Below are positions 53,193 to 64,000 of a stretch of 64,000 nt of DNA, in pieces. This DNA comes from Octopus vulgaris (taxonomy: Eukaryota). The notes beneath the pieces were generated by a model. That model made no database searches, was not told the origin of the DNA, and saw only the letters and a list, made by a program, of their open reading frames with translations. Where the stretch lies: NCBI GenBank assembly GCA_951406725.2, contig OX597815.1:61256001-61320000 (forward strand), read 5' to 3'. The stretch's first letter is position 1. Each line of letters starts with the position of its first letter. The position numbers and the translations under genes were made by a program.

Positions 53193-53758
53193 AATATATA
53201 TATATATATATATATATGAAAAATATATATATACATATGTATATTCTTTTACTCTTACTTGTTTCAGGCATTTGACTGTGGCCATGCTGGAGCACCGCAT
53301 TTACTCGAGCAAATCGACCTTGGTGGAGGTGGTGGTGGTGGTCATGGTGGTAGTTGTAGTGGTGCTGGTGTTTGTCGTCGTGGTAATGGTGGTGGTGTTT
53401 GTGGCAGAGGTGTCCGTAGTAGTATATGACTGTGAAGCTGTCGTCTGGGTTCTTCCAATTTTTTCGTGTGTCGGTGGCGGCGTTGGTGTTCATGCTCGCA
53501 CCTGCACCTGTGTAGCTCCTCCCCTTCTTCCCTCCCTCGTGAAGCTGTAGGGAAGGCAGGGTAGGGAAATCAACGTCGTAAAGCGTTGTCAAGGAGACCA
53601 GCGTTCTTTTAGAACAACGACTTCATGGCTTGAAGTCGCCAAAACAGAAATCGCTATAAAAGCTGAAACAGATCCACAAAAACGGCAAAAACCGCCACAC
53701 AGGGCAGGTTTCCTGTGCAAACAATTTGCACAACCGAATGTTTTAGCTGTTGCACAAA

Positions 53759-54142
53759 TCTTTATATATAAAAGTCAAGTTGTGTGTCTGTCTCATACGA
53801 TTTAGATTCCTAACTACTCCCACATTTTGCGGTGCAGTTTAACCAAAACCGGGCATCTTATAGTCATGATTCATATCGAGCCCTTCTGGGTATTAGCGCC
53901 CGTCTACGATGAGTCTACGATTAAAAAAAAATTTCCATAATTTTTTCCATTTTAATGCATTTTTTTCGCTATTATATAAGGGAAGTAACTCTCTAAAAAT
54001 GTCTACGATGAGTCAACGATTTAAAAAAAAATTACCATAATTTTTAATGCATTTTTTTGCTATTTTTTGGCTATAACTCTCTAAAAATGCTTATATAGTT
54101 ATTTCCCTTACAAACCCGACCAACGCCGGGCGATACTGCTAG
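53759..54142 (+). mobile_element. Non-autonomous Helitron
   Basis: A|TC 5' end; subterminal hairpin CCCG..CAACG.CGGG; CTAG|T 3' end; no target-site duplication. Confidence 0.8.
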
Positions 54143-55020
54143 TATAGTATAAATGCACATGCTAGTAAATATACATCACGAACTCCATAGTTTCCGTAGA
54201 TTTATATAAACAGACAAATTGCTGAAAATGGAATTAATGACTTCCTTTATTTACAATGTTTATTTCTTTATCTAAAACCACTACAGTTTTTTCGATGCAT
54301 TCTTACACCTGTAGTGAGGTTTGCAGTCATTATCTTACAACCCAGATGGAGAATGCACCGCCTCAGCTGATTGCTTAGATAAGTTCTTCGCTAGATACGC
54401 TTGCCATCTCGTTCAGTTTGGTAATACACATCTAGAGTGGTGTGTCTTTCCAGCCGTTCGCAGACAGAAGGTGTATTAATTTGACCATCACGTCTGTCTT
54501 CGCTGTGATTACTCCCAGAATCTGAGAACATACAGAAAGTGGGCTGCGGAGAGAATGCAATATGCCCAGTCTGATCCCTTATCACTGCAGGTTCTGTTGT
54601 GGAGTCTTCATTCAGACGGTTACACAGAGCTGTGGGGCACAGGGCCGGTGCTAGGAAGTACTGGACCCAATTAGAGAATTGCCAGTGGTGGTAGGCTGTC
54701 TCTACTCTACAAAAGCTGAAGTTTAATGTTTTATGCTTTTTGTAGTATGCCAGTCCCAACCAAAAAGTGCTGAGGGCTTGAGGCCCCACCATTTGTCACG
54801 ATGATATTCCTAAAAATTCATCATGGTGAACTCTGTTCGAGCGTGTGTGCGGGGCACTCTCTTGGCGCGGGGCCCAATTTGAATAAATCTCTTTAATTGG
54901 TTTAAAACCCGACCTGGTTGGAATATGTTCCGTCATGTGGTTGCGCCGGGCGGAATGTGTAACAGTATTTCTGTCTTTACGTTCTGAGGTCAAATTTCGC
55001 CGTGGTCGACTTTACCTTTA

Positions 55021-56203
55021 GGTTGATGATGCGCAGACACGCGCTGAGACTGCGACATCTCCGGCTCTATGTAGACGACGGTGAACAGGTGTGATCGCCG
55101 TTTGTGAGGCACACTTTCCCGCAACTCGTCTCCATGACCGAACTGCAGTCGTGGATCAGAAAGAGGCCGCGGAAGGGCGAATGGCACCGCGAGTGTCGCG
55201 TTGCTCTCAAGCAACTATGCCGTCCCGAGTCGACCTTGAGCGACTTCAACACCACCAAAGCATTCTATAGGGGATTAGTGGAGGGGAGGTACGACGACGA
55301 GCTTGCGGCGAACCTGGGCGTAGACGAGGAATACCTGACCCGCCTGTTCAGGACGACTTTCGGGCCAGGACCTATGGACAACTTCCAGAGATCCCTGGCC
55401 TGGCTGTGCTACCGAGAAGCTCTACCCGTTCGGGATAAGCTCTACAGACACGGCTCGAGAAACACGAGGCCGACCTGCCCGAGATGCGGTCAGAGCGACG
55501 AAACCGTTCTGCATGCACTCGGGCAATGTCCAACCATTTCCGACCTGTGGGCTTATGTCGAACAACTGCTGTCACGTGTGGGACGAGTCGGTTTATCAGC
55601 CGGGTCTATCGTCAATATCGTCACACCTCCTTCCTTCAAACGGGAATGTATCTCAAAAGAATGCATTCGGTGGACGTGTCTGAAAGGATTAGAGACAAAC
55701 ACTTTCCTCTTTGGTCAATCTCTCATCAACTTCTTCAAGTATCACTTGAAAAGGAAAGTGAGAGTAGAGAGGCAAGTTTTGTCTAGCGAATGTTTAAAAA
55801 AAAGATGGATGAATGTAGCAAGGATGGCACGTATGAATGACGAAGCCACCCTGAGCATAATCCTATGAACCCGGAAAAATTTAAAACAGAGAGTTACTTA
55901 CTTGCAAATGTGTTAACATGTGACATTAATGACCGAGGTTACCATGGTCTTTTCCGGAGGCTTTTCTTTCCATGGATAAACCTTATCTGCTTCCCCTTTA
56001 CACTTTACATCATGACATTTCTGTGATACACGATCCCTATTGATCGTTTTTTTCTTTTCATTTTTTCTTCCCCCTATTTCCTTTTTTCCTCCCTTTTTGC
56101 GATCCCTTTTCATAGAAAACCTACCCCATTTTTTCCTCCCCCAAAAGCTCTACTTTGTAATTTGTCCCTTCTGTGTCCAGCCCTGTGTGGCTAATAAAGA
56201 AAC
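55021..56203 (+). mobile_element. 5'-truncated Tx1-clade LINE, same subfamily as 29511-31010, joined to a SINE fragment (54960-55020)
   Basis: Near-identical ORF2 C-terminus ending ATLSIIL*; GTGGCTAATAAAGAAAC terminus. Confidence 0.93.
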
Positions 56204-56214
56204 ACATATATATG

Positions 56215-57320
56215 TAACAAATTAATAAATAAAACATATGCATATATACATACATATATGTAATTACCTACATCTACATGTATATATACATGCATACATG
56301 GGTACAGGACACCAAAAAAACGTCGAACACAATGAGAAACGAAAACATAAACACAAAACCAAGGAAATGGACATTTTTCTTAAACAACGAAAAAATAGAG
56401 TACAGAACATACAACACAAGGAAAATTCCCCTTCTTCAGTCGCCTCTGTTTCATCTACTCCGCGTTTCGAAGGTCAAGGCGAGACACGACTCCGGTCAAA
56501 CATTCCTTCCCGTAAAAAGCAAATTAAATAAAATTTGAGATTTTTTTGCGGAGAGGTAAAAATGGTAACAAAAACAGGACAGTAAAGACAGTACAAATTA
56601 TAAATAGTAAAAGACAGGGCAAGGAGAATAACAGTGACACAAACAATGAGGGCTGTTAAGCCAAACGAGAGAAAATATTACGAACGCTTGTTGAGAACGG
56701 CAGAAAGAGAGAGAGAGACATTGAAAAGCCGTCTACGCTCGAGGGAAGCGAGGTCAGAAAGACCGTAGTTATCTCGTCGCTGGTCAACGATGGGGCAGAG
56801 GAGGAGTAGGAGAGAGGGGGGAAAAAGGGAATGGTTGTAGAGAAAACCAGAAAGAATGAAGAATGAGAGAGAGAGAGAGAGAGAGAGGGGGAGAGACAGT
56901 AAGGTAGAAGAAACGGGAACCAGAAAGAATGAAGGCTGAGAAAGGGAGGGGGATAGAAATGTTAAGAGTGCGCATCATTATTAATATTGAGAACCAACTT
57001 ACTTAGAAATGGATGCGTGCGTTCCGTCATATAATAACAAATTAATAAATAAAACATATGCATATATACATACATATATGTACGTACCTACATCTACATG
57101 TATATATACATACATATATGGGTACAGGACACCAAAAAAACTTTGAACACAATGAGAAACGAAAACATAAACACAAAACCAAGGAAATGGACATTTTTCT
57201 TAAACAACGAAAAAATAGAGTACAGGACATACAACACAAGGAAAATTCCCATTCTTCAGTCGCCTCTCTTTCATCTACTCCGCGTTTCGATGGTCAAGGG
57301 GAGTCACGACTTCGGTGATA
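56215..57320. repeat. Non-coding element with about 265-bp direct terminal repeats, period 820 bp
   Basis: 56215-56480 matches 57035-57300; related sequence at 50540-50715 (inverted) and 62245-62700. Confidence 0.75.
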
Positions 57321-57534
57321 TATATATATATATCTGTAAAATAATATATGACAATTATTCAATAGCCAAGATAAAACTCTGAGTTTCGGATGCCGAGGTG
57401 GAAATCCACAACACCATCTCTTCGGTTAACTGGCCATCTGAAAAAATATATATATATATTATGTACTGCTGGCTTAGCAATCCATAATACGAGGTATGTA
57501 TGAAACATTGTGAGCCTTCAAGGCCTTTGAGCCT

Positions 57535-57865
57535 TGAGTCCCACTGCGTGGCACCTTGGGCAAGTGTCTTCTACTATAGGCTCGGGTCGACCTAAGCCTT
57601 GTGAGTTGATTTGGTAGACGGAAACTGAAAGAAGCCCGTTGTGTGTATATGTTTGTGTGTCTGTGTTTGTCTCCCCAACATCGCTTGACAACCGATGCTG
57701 GTGTGTTTACGTCACCGTAACTTAGCGGTTCAAAAAGAGACCGATAGAACAAGTACTAAGCTTACAAAGAATAAGTCCTGGGGACGATTTGCTCGACTAA
57801 AGGCGGTGCTCCACCATGGCCACAGTCAAATGACTGAAACAAGTAAAAGAATAAAAGAGTAAAGA
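57535..57865 (+). mobile_element. SINE family 2, 5'-truncated
   Basis: Matches 35495-35836. Confidence 0.85.
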
Positions 57866-57876
57866 GAATATATATA

Positions 57877-58998
57877 CAGGGTGCGTAAGGCATTTGAAGA
57901 CATACCTTTTTTGGGTCCTTGCTACATTTTTTGCTAATTCTGTATAATCTTTGTTTCAGAAAATAATATTGCCTGACTGTCAGTGCTTACTTAAGAAATG
58001 AAGAAGCATGCTGTTATTGTGGTTATAAAGGCTGAGCATAGCAATTTAGAAATATCTTGATTTTTCAAAGTTGCCAGATCTTTCGTCCACAAAGTTGGAA
58101 ATGCATCACCAGTATCTGAAATCATCAGAACATTTGAATTTATCCAGCAAGTTCAACAGCCCATGAGGTCAATTGCAAAAGATCTCCATGTGTCAGAAAG
58201 AACAGTCAGAAATGTTGTCCACGAAGACATCAATTATAAGTCTTATATGATGAGGAAAGGTCAACTTATCAGGAAAAACAAAACAAAAGAAGATCACTAC
58301 ATCAGATCTAAAAGATTCTTAAACAAACTGAAAAATCCAGCAGAAGATTTCATTTGGTTTTTCTCAAACGAGAAAACTTTGAACAAGATCTAAATGTTAA
58401 CAGAAGAAATGACAGATGGTTATGTGCAGACCCTTCTGAAGTTCTAAGTGTTATGCATACAAAATTTCATGCAACTGTCATGGTTTTAGGGGTTGCCAGC
58501 AATGAAGGACATGTGATGCCTCCTTACTTCTTTCTACAAAGCCTTAGAGTTAATCTGCCTCCTACATTGATGTCCTGGAAACAATTGTTAGTTAAGCCCT
58601 GGATAGACTGAGTGCAATGGAAGGCCATACACATGGTTCTAGTAACACAGGAATGGATGGCTGAAAATTTTCATGATCACATAACCCCTAACATTTGGCC
58701 TCCTAATTCCCCAGATCTCAATCCATGTGGAGTGTTGTTGAGAGAAAGTTCAATGAATACGCCCATATCACCTAAGCTTCTTTGAAAGGTGCCATAGTCA
58801 GAGTAATGTCCAAAATGAACTAGAATCACTTAATTCGAGCATATAGAATCAGTTGTTGAAGCTGAAGGGGGCTTTATTGAATAACATTATAGAAAAGGTT
58901 TATTTTTATCCTCATAGCATTTTTTGATAGATAAAATTATTATCTGTTATTATGTTTTTTTATAAACATAAATCTGTCCTCAAATATCTTACGCACCC

Positions 58999-59000
<2 letters not shown>
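57877..59000 (+). mobile_element. Tc1/mariner DNA transposon (maT/DD37D-like), both TIRs present, transposase degenerate
   Basis: TIR CAGGGTGCGTAAG..ATTTGA.GACA at both ends; TA flanks; MRSIAKDLHVSERTVR, FSNEK, VMVLGVAS, WPPNSPDLNP. Confidence 0.92.
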
Positions 59001-59058
<58 letters not shown>

Positions 59059-59874
59059 ATGCGTTGGTAGTCACCTCCTCTCTGACAGTACACTCATCCA
59101 CGCACCATAAACGCACGCACACACTCTCACTCTCTCTCCTCGCACACACGCACACATGCTCAAACACAGACACTCACACATACACTACACACTCGCGCAC
59201 GCACACACACACACACACATACAACCACGCGTAGCCTTACACTCCTCCCTCTCTCTCTCTCCTTCCTTTTCTCACCCCCACCCTAACACACAGTAACACA
59301 CATACGCACCCATGCAAAGACTAGAAAAGAGCAGCAACCCCTAACCATTAAACAGGACAGTTTGAGAATGGCTATTAGCATCATGTTTCTAGATTGTTCC
59401 ATTTGAACTCAGAGGAAGCGGGATGAGTACAGTAAGATTGTTTACCTTTTCGAGACACATGGAAGCCTAAAGAAGCCACCACAGCGCACTCAATTCGAAC
59501 TTGAGCCAGACACTTTCCTTCGTATTGCGGGCGCCATTATGATGACCTGAATTCGTTAGACGAACTCTATCGCTCGATATATGCCGTCAGCCAGTCGACG
59601 TCCGCTTTGGTGTCACGTTCTAAGTCTATCATTACACACACGCACACACACAGACTCTCACACACATACACGATGTATATACATAGAAATACTGAGTATG
59701 TATTTATTTATATGTATCAATGTAAGTATGTACGTATATATTTATATGTATATTCATTCGGATGTGTAGGTGCGTATTGTATCATGCATGTTTGAAAATG
59801 TTTTTTAACTATTTAACTATGTGTGTATGTGTGTTCGTGCACGTACAAATAATTATGTACATATGCTCGTACAT

Positions 59875-59945
<71 letters not shown>

Positions 59946-60198
59946 TACATATATATTCATATTCGTGTAACATCGTCCGTTTTTCTGTCCTTGTTTTCTT
60001 CCAAGGAATCTAATGCGCTTAGCTTAGTTTTTCCTTGGGGCTGGCCAGATTGGAGCAATCTCAAGATTAATCAGCCGAAATTGCGAGGATGATCCGGTTC
60101 TTGACTGAAGATTGAAGGCTTCCAATGTCCCGTCCGTGTTTTTTGTATCGTCTTCTAAATGTTTTGCGTTCTTGTCCCAGTTTGTATTTTTTAATACA

Positions 60199-60353
<155 letters not shown>

Positions 60354-60364
60354 TCTTTTATTTT

Positions 60365-60561
60365 TTATTCTTTTACTTGTTTCAGTCTTTTGACTGCGGC
60401 CATGCTGGAGCACCACCTTTAGTCGAACAAATCGACTCCAAGACTTATTCTTTGTAAATATAGAACTTATTCCGTCGGTGTCTTTTGCCGAACCGGTAGT
60501 TTACGGGGAACGTAAACACACCAACATCGGTTGTCAAGAGATGATGGGGGAGATACTCAAG

Positions 60562-60595
<34 letters not shown>

Positions 60596-60970
60596 CGACG
60601 GGCTTCTTTCAGTTTCCATTTACCAAATCCACTCACAAGGCTTTGGTTGGTCCAAGGCTAGAGTAGAAGACATTTGGCCAAGATGCCACGCAGTGGGCCT
60701 GAACCCAGAACCATGTGATTGGGAAGCAATCTCCTCACCACACATCTTTGCCTGCATATATATATATATATATATATATACATATCTTTTATCTTTTACT
60801 TGTTTCACTCATTGGACTTCGTCTATCCTGGGGCACCTATTTGAAGGGTTTAGTCGAACAAATCGACCACACCATTTGTTTTTGTAAACTTGGTACTTGC
60901 TCTAAGGGTCTTTTGTGCTGAACCGCTAGATTATGGAGATAACACCAGTTGTCAAGAGGTCGTAGAGGGA
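60365..60970 (-). mobile_element. Two SINE family 2 copies (60365-60745 full; 60795-60970 partial)
   Basis: Reverse complement of 35448-35836. Confidence 0.8.
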
Positions 60971-60980
60971 AAGCATAGAT

Positions 60981-61019
<39 letters not shown>

Positions 61020-61289
61020 CACACACTATCACACACACGTGTGTCGTTTGCGATTTCTTCTCCATCTTTGGACTTTTCCCTTTCTGCGTTCCGACGGAGA
61101 GCAATGTTCGAAACGCCAAACTCTCTCCTTTCACCGAAGCGTCAAGCTAATACATTTCTTGCGCACGTCTTCATGCTCGTTGTTTCTATTTTTATTTGTG
61201 TTGTTCGTTTATTTGAATTTATATATAAATATATTCATATATCATTTATATTATATATATATTTATATATATATATATTTATATATATA

Positions 61290-61668
61290 CTAGCAGTATC
61301 GCCCGGCGTTGCTCAGGTTTGTAAGGGAAATAACTATAAAGCATTTTTAGAGAGTTATAGCCAAAAAATAGCAAAAAAATGGAAAAAAAATTATGGTAAA
61401 TTTTTTTTTGAGAGTAAAAAAGGTTGAGTTGCGTCCCCTAGACAGTCTGTGGTTTGTTTTTTTTGATTCTCGACCCCATGTCGAATTTATCGATTTTTTC
61501 AGAACTGGGGTTAACTTTTCAAAATTTTCGCTGCGTTAGTTTTGAATTATGACATTGGGCTATGTGTGTGTCAAGTTTCATCAGAATCGGTTGAAAGCCG
61601 TGGTCAGGGTGAGGGTACGAGAAAACAGACACACAGAAACACGCACAGACAAACTGCCGTTTATATAT

Positions 61669-61673
<5 letters not shown>
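61290..61673 (-). mobile_element. Non-autonomous Helitron
   Basis: Minus strand A|TCTCTATATATAAA...GCAACGCCGGGCGATACTGCTAG|T. Confidence 0.8.
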
Positions 61674-61739
<66 letters not shown>

Positions 61740-61793
61740 GCGGTTCAGCACAAAAGACCCATAGAGCAAGTACCAAGCTTACAAAAACGTATG

Positions 61794-61838
<45 letters not shown>

Positions 61839-61959
61839 TTTGGGTATGGTAGATGAGTTCAGCAAAAATTTAGATTCAGATGAATATGGTACCTAAGTTG
61901 AGGCACCAGAATTTAGTATGGTATTTTATCCATACAATTTCAAAGTAAGGTGATTAAAA

Positions 61960-62185
61960 TCAAAATAAGCAACAAGGATATCCAGAGGTAATGCAGTACG
62001 ATAGTTTCATGCAATTCCACTTAATTGAACAATGCAATCATTACATCAATTTAAAATGCAGAGCAATCTGTGCAGCTGAAGATTGCTCTGCTTTTAAATT
62101 GATGTAACGATTGCATTGTTCAATTAAGTGGAATTGCATGAAATTATCGTACTGCATTACCTCTTGATATCCTTGTTGCTTATTT

Positions 62186-62189
<4 letters not shown>
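61960..62189. repeat. Near-perfect palindrome, about 110-bp arms
   Basis: TCAAAATAAGCAACAAGGATATC...GCAGAGCAATCT pairs with AGATTGCTCTGC...GATATCCTTGTTGCTTATTTTGA. Confidence 0.9.
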
Positions 62190-62227
<38 letters not shown>

Positions 62228-62698
62228 AAATAAGCAACAAGGATATATATATGTATGTATGTTCATACCTACATATATATGTATATATACATGCATATAT
62301 GGGTACAGGACATAAAGAAAAACGTATATACAACAAGGATATATGTATGTATGTATGTATGTACATACCTACATATATATGTATATATATACATGCATAT
62401 ATGGGTACAGGACATAAAGAAAAACGTAGACTACAATGAGAAACGAAAACATAAAACAAAAATATAAACAGAGAAGCGAGACATGCAACATAAAGAATAT
62501 TCCCCTTCTTCAGTTGTCCCTGTTTCATCTACTCCACGTTTGAAGGCAAGGACAATACGCGACTTCGCTGAAACAGTTCTTCCCGCAAATCAAATTAAAT
62601 AAAATTTGAGATTTTTTGCGGGGGGTGAAAGTGGTAACAAGAACAGGACAGTGAGAACAAAACAGTAAAAACAAACGGTGAGGGCTGTTAAGCCAAGA

Positions 62699-62744
<46 letters not shown>

Positions 62745-62749
<5 letters not shown>

Positions 62750-62905
62750 CTTCTTTCAGTTTCCGTCTACCAAATCATCTCACAAGATTTTGGTAAACCC
62801 GAGACTATTGTGGGAGACACTTGCTCAAGGCAACACGTACTGGACTGAACCGGAATGTGGGTAGGAAACATACTTCTTAGAACATAGTCACGTCAGCACC
62901 TGTAT
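62745..62905 (-). mobile_element. SINE family 2, 5' half, diverged
   Basis: GCTTCTTTCAGTTTCCGTCTACCAAATC...GACACTTGCTCAAGG. Confidence 0.7.
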
Positions 62906-63125
62906 GCATATATTTCTATATATAAGCGTTAGACATAATATATTTCGTCGGTCAAAATGGTTACGAAATAAGTAAATACTTATTTTTGAATAAAAATTTA
63001 TTCACTCTCAAACTTATCTTTGAGTTCTTTATTTTAAGTGACAGGACATACATTCTTTAAAATTGTCACTCTGGAATATATAGCTATCTATAGCTGTAAT
63101 AATATCTATATCTATACATATATAA

Positions 63126-63250
<125 letters not shown>

Positions 63251-64000
63251 AATATCTATCTTATTTTATTAAAATGGAAAAAATAATCACAAATTATTTC
63301 TCAGTTTCGGGTAGATAGATGGATATACACAATTATATACATATGTATGCATATTTTTATATATATGCATACACATGTGTCTAATTGCTCTCTCTCTCTC
63401 TCTCTGCACATACACACACATATAGTGTGAATGAGAGAGAGCGAGAGAGAGGGGGAGAGTTATATAGATAGATACAAAAATATATTCATACATACACACA
63501 CACACACTTTAAATTACAGTTAACTAACAATATATTCTCAACCAATATATAGACGTCCACCACAGACGAACATTCAATGAATTTATAGTTGTTGTAGTAG
63601 TAATCTCCTCAGCGAATCTGTCACTTATATCGGTAAGTTGCCAAAGAACTCGCCAACCGAATTACTACACAAACCCATCATAAATATGGCACTAAGTTTT
63701 ATGACTATCGCGGGCGACTGTGTGCACCAATCACGTGACTCACTGATTGCTAGAGAGACAGTGAAAGAAGTCGAGACATAACCACCGTCATTTATGACCC
63801 ATTATAGTCGCCACTTCCAACCAGAAACCAACCCATTTTCAGTTCTTTCTTACCCATTTCCTCTCCCCTCACCCTATACAGATATTACATCTCCCCTAAG
63901 TAGTCATAATTATGGGATCTCGCTGTCCACGCGCTCTCCCTCTCCCTCTCTCCCCTTCTTTTTGTCTCTCTCACTCTCTTTCTCCGATGCAACATTTTTT

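Noticed and set aside
54391-54792. 133-aa minus-strand ORF
   Set aside because: No motif recognised; cannot distinguish an exon from an old repeat by eye

Overview
Repeat-dominated, AT-rich eukaryotic DNA with dense (TA)n, (CA)n, (TTA)n, (TATC)n and (GAA)n microsatellites. The SINE/LINE repertoire suggests an Octopus (cephalopod) genome; this is inference only. No host protein-coding gene could be confidently identified. Autonomous-type elements: five + strand Tx1/L1-clade LINE copies plus one short 3' end; one nearly intact R4/Dong-clade RLE LINE plus three fragments; a full-length but disabled 4.2-kb Ty3/Gypsy element; a Penelope-like (PLE) RT+GIY-YIG element plus two endonuclease fragments; and two Tc1/mariner (maT-like) relics. 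Non-autonomous elements: small Helitrons and many tRNA-derived SINEs. Best leads: (1) several non-coding units carrying minimal type I hammerhead ribozymes between (TA)n tracts, one with a clear 598-nt retrozyme/pLTR layout; (2) a SINE whose 3' tail matches the Tx1 LINE 3' end and that also occurs with an alternative tail; (3) Tx1 and R4/Dong LINEs occupying the same TTA/TAA microsatellite with opposite strand polarity; (4) a solo LTR that exactly interrupts LINE ORF1; (5) a slippery site plus pseudoknot and a non-canonical primer-binding site in the Gypsy element. All coordinates and alignments were read by eye.
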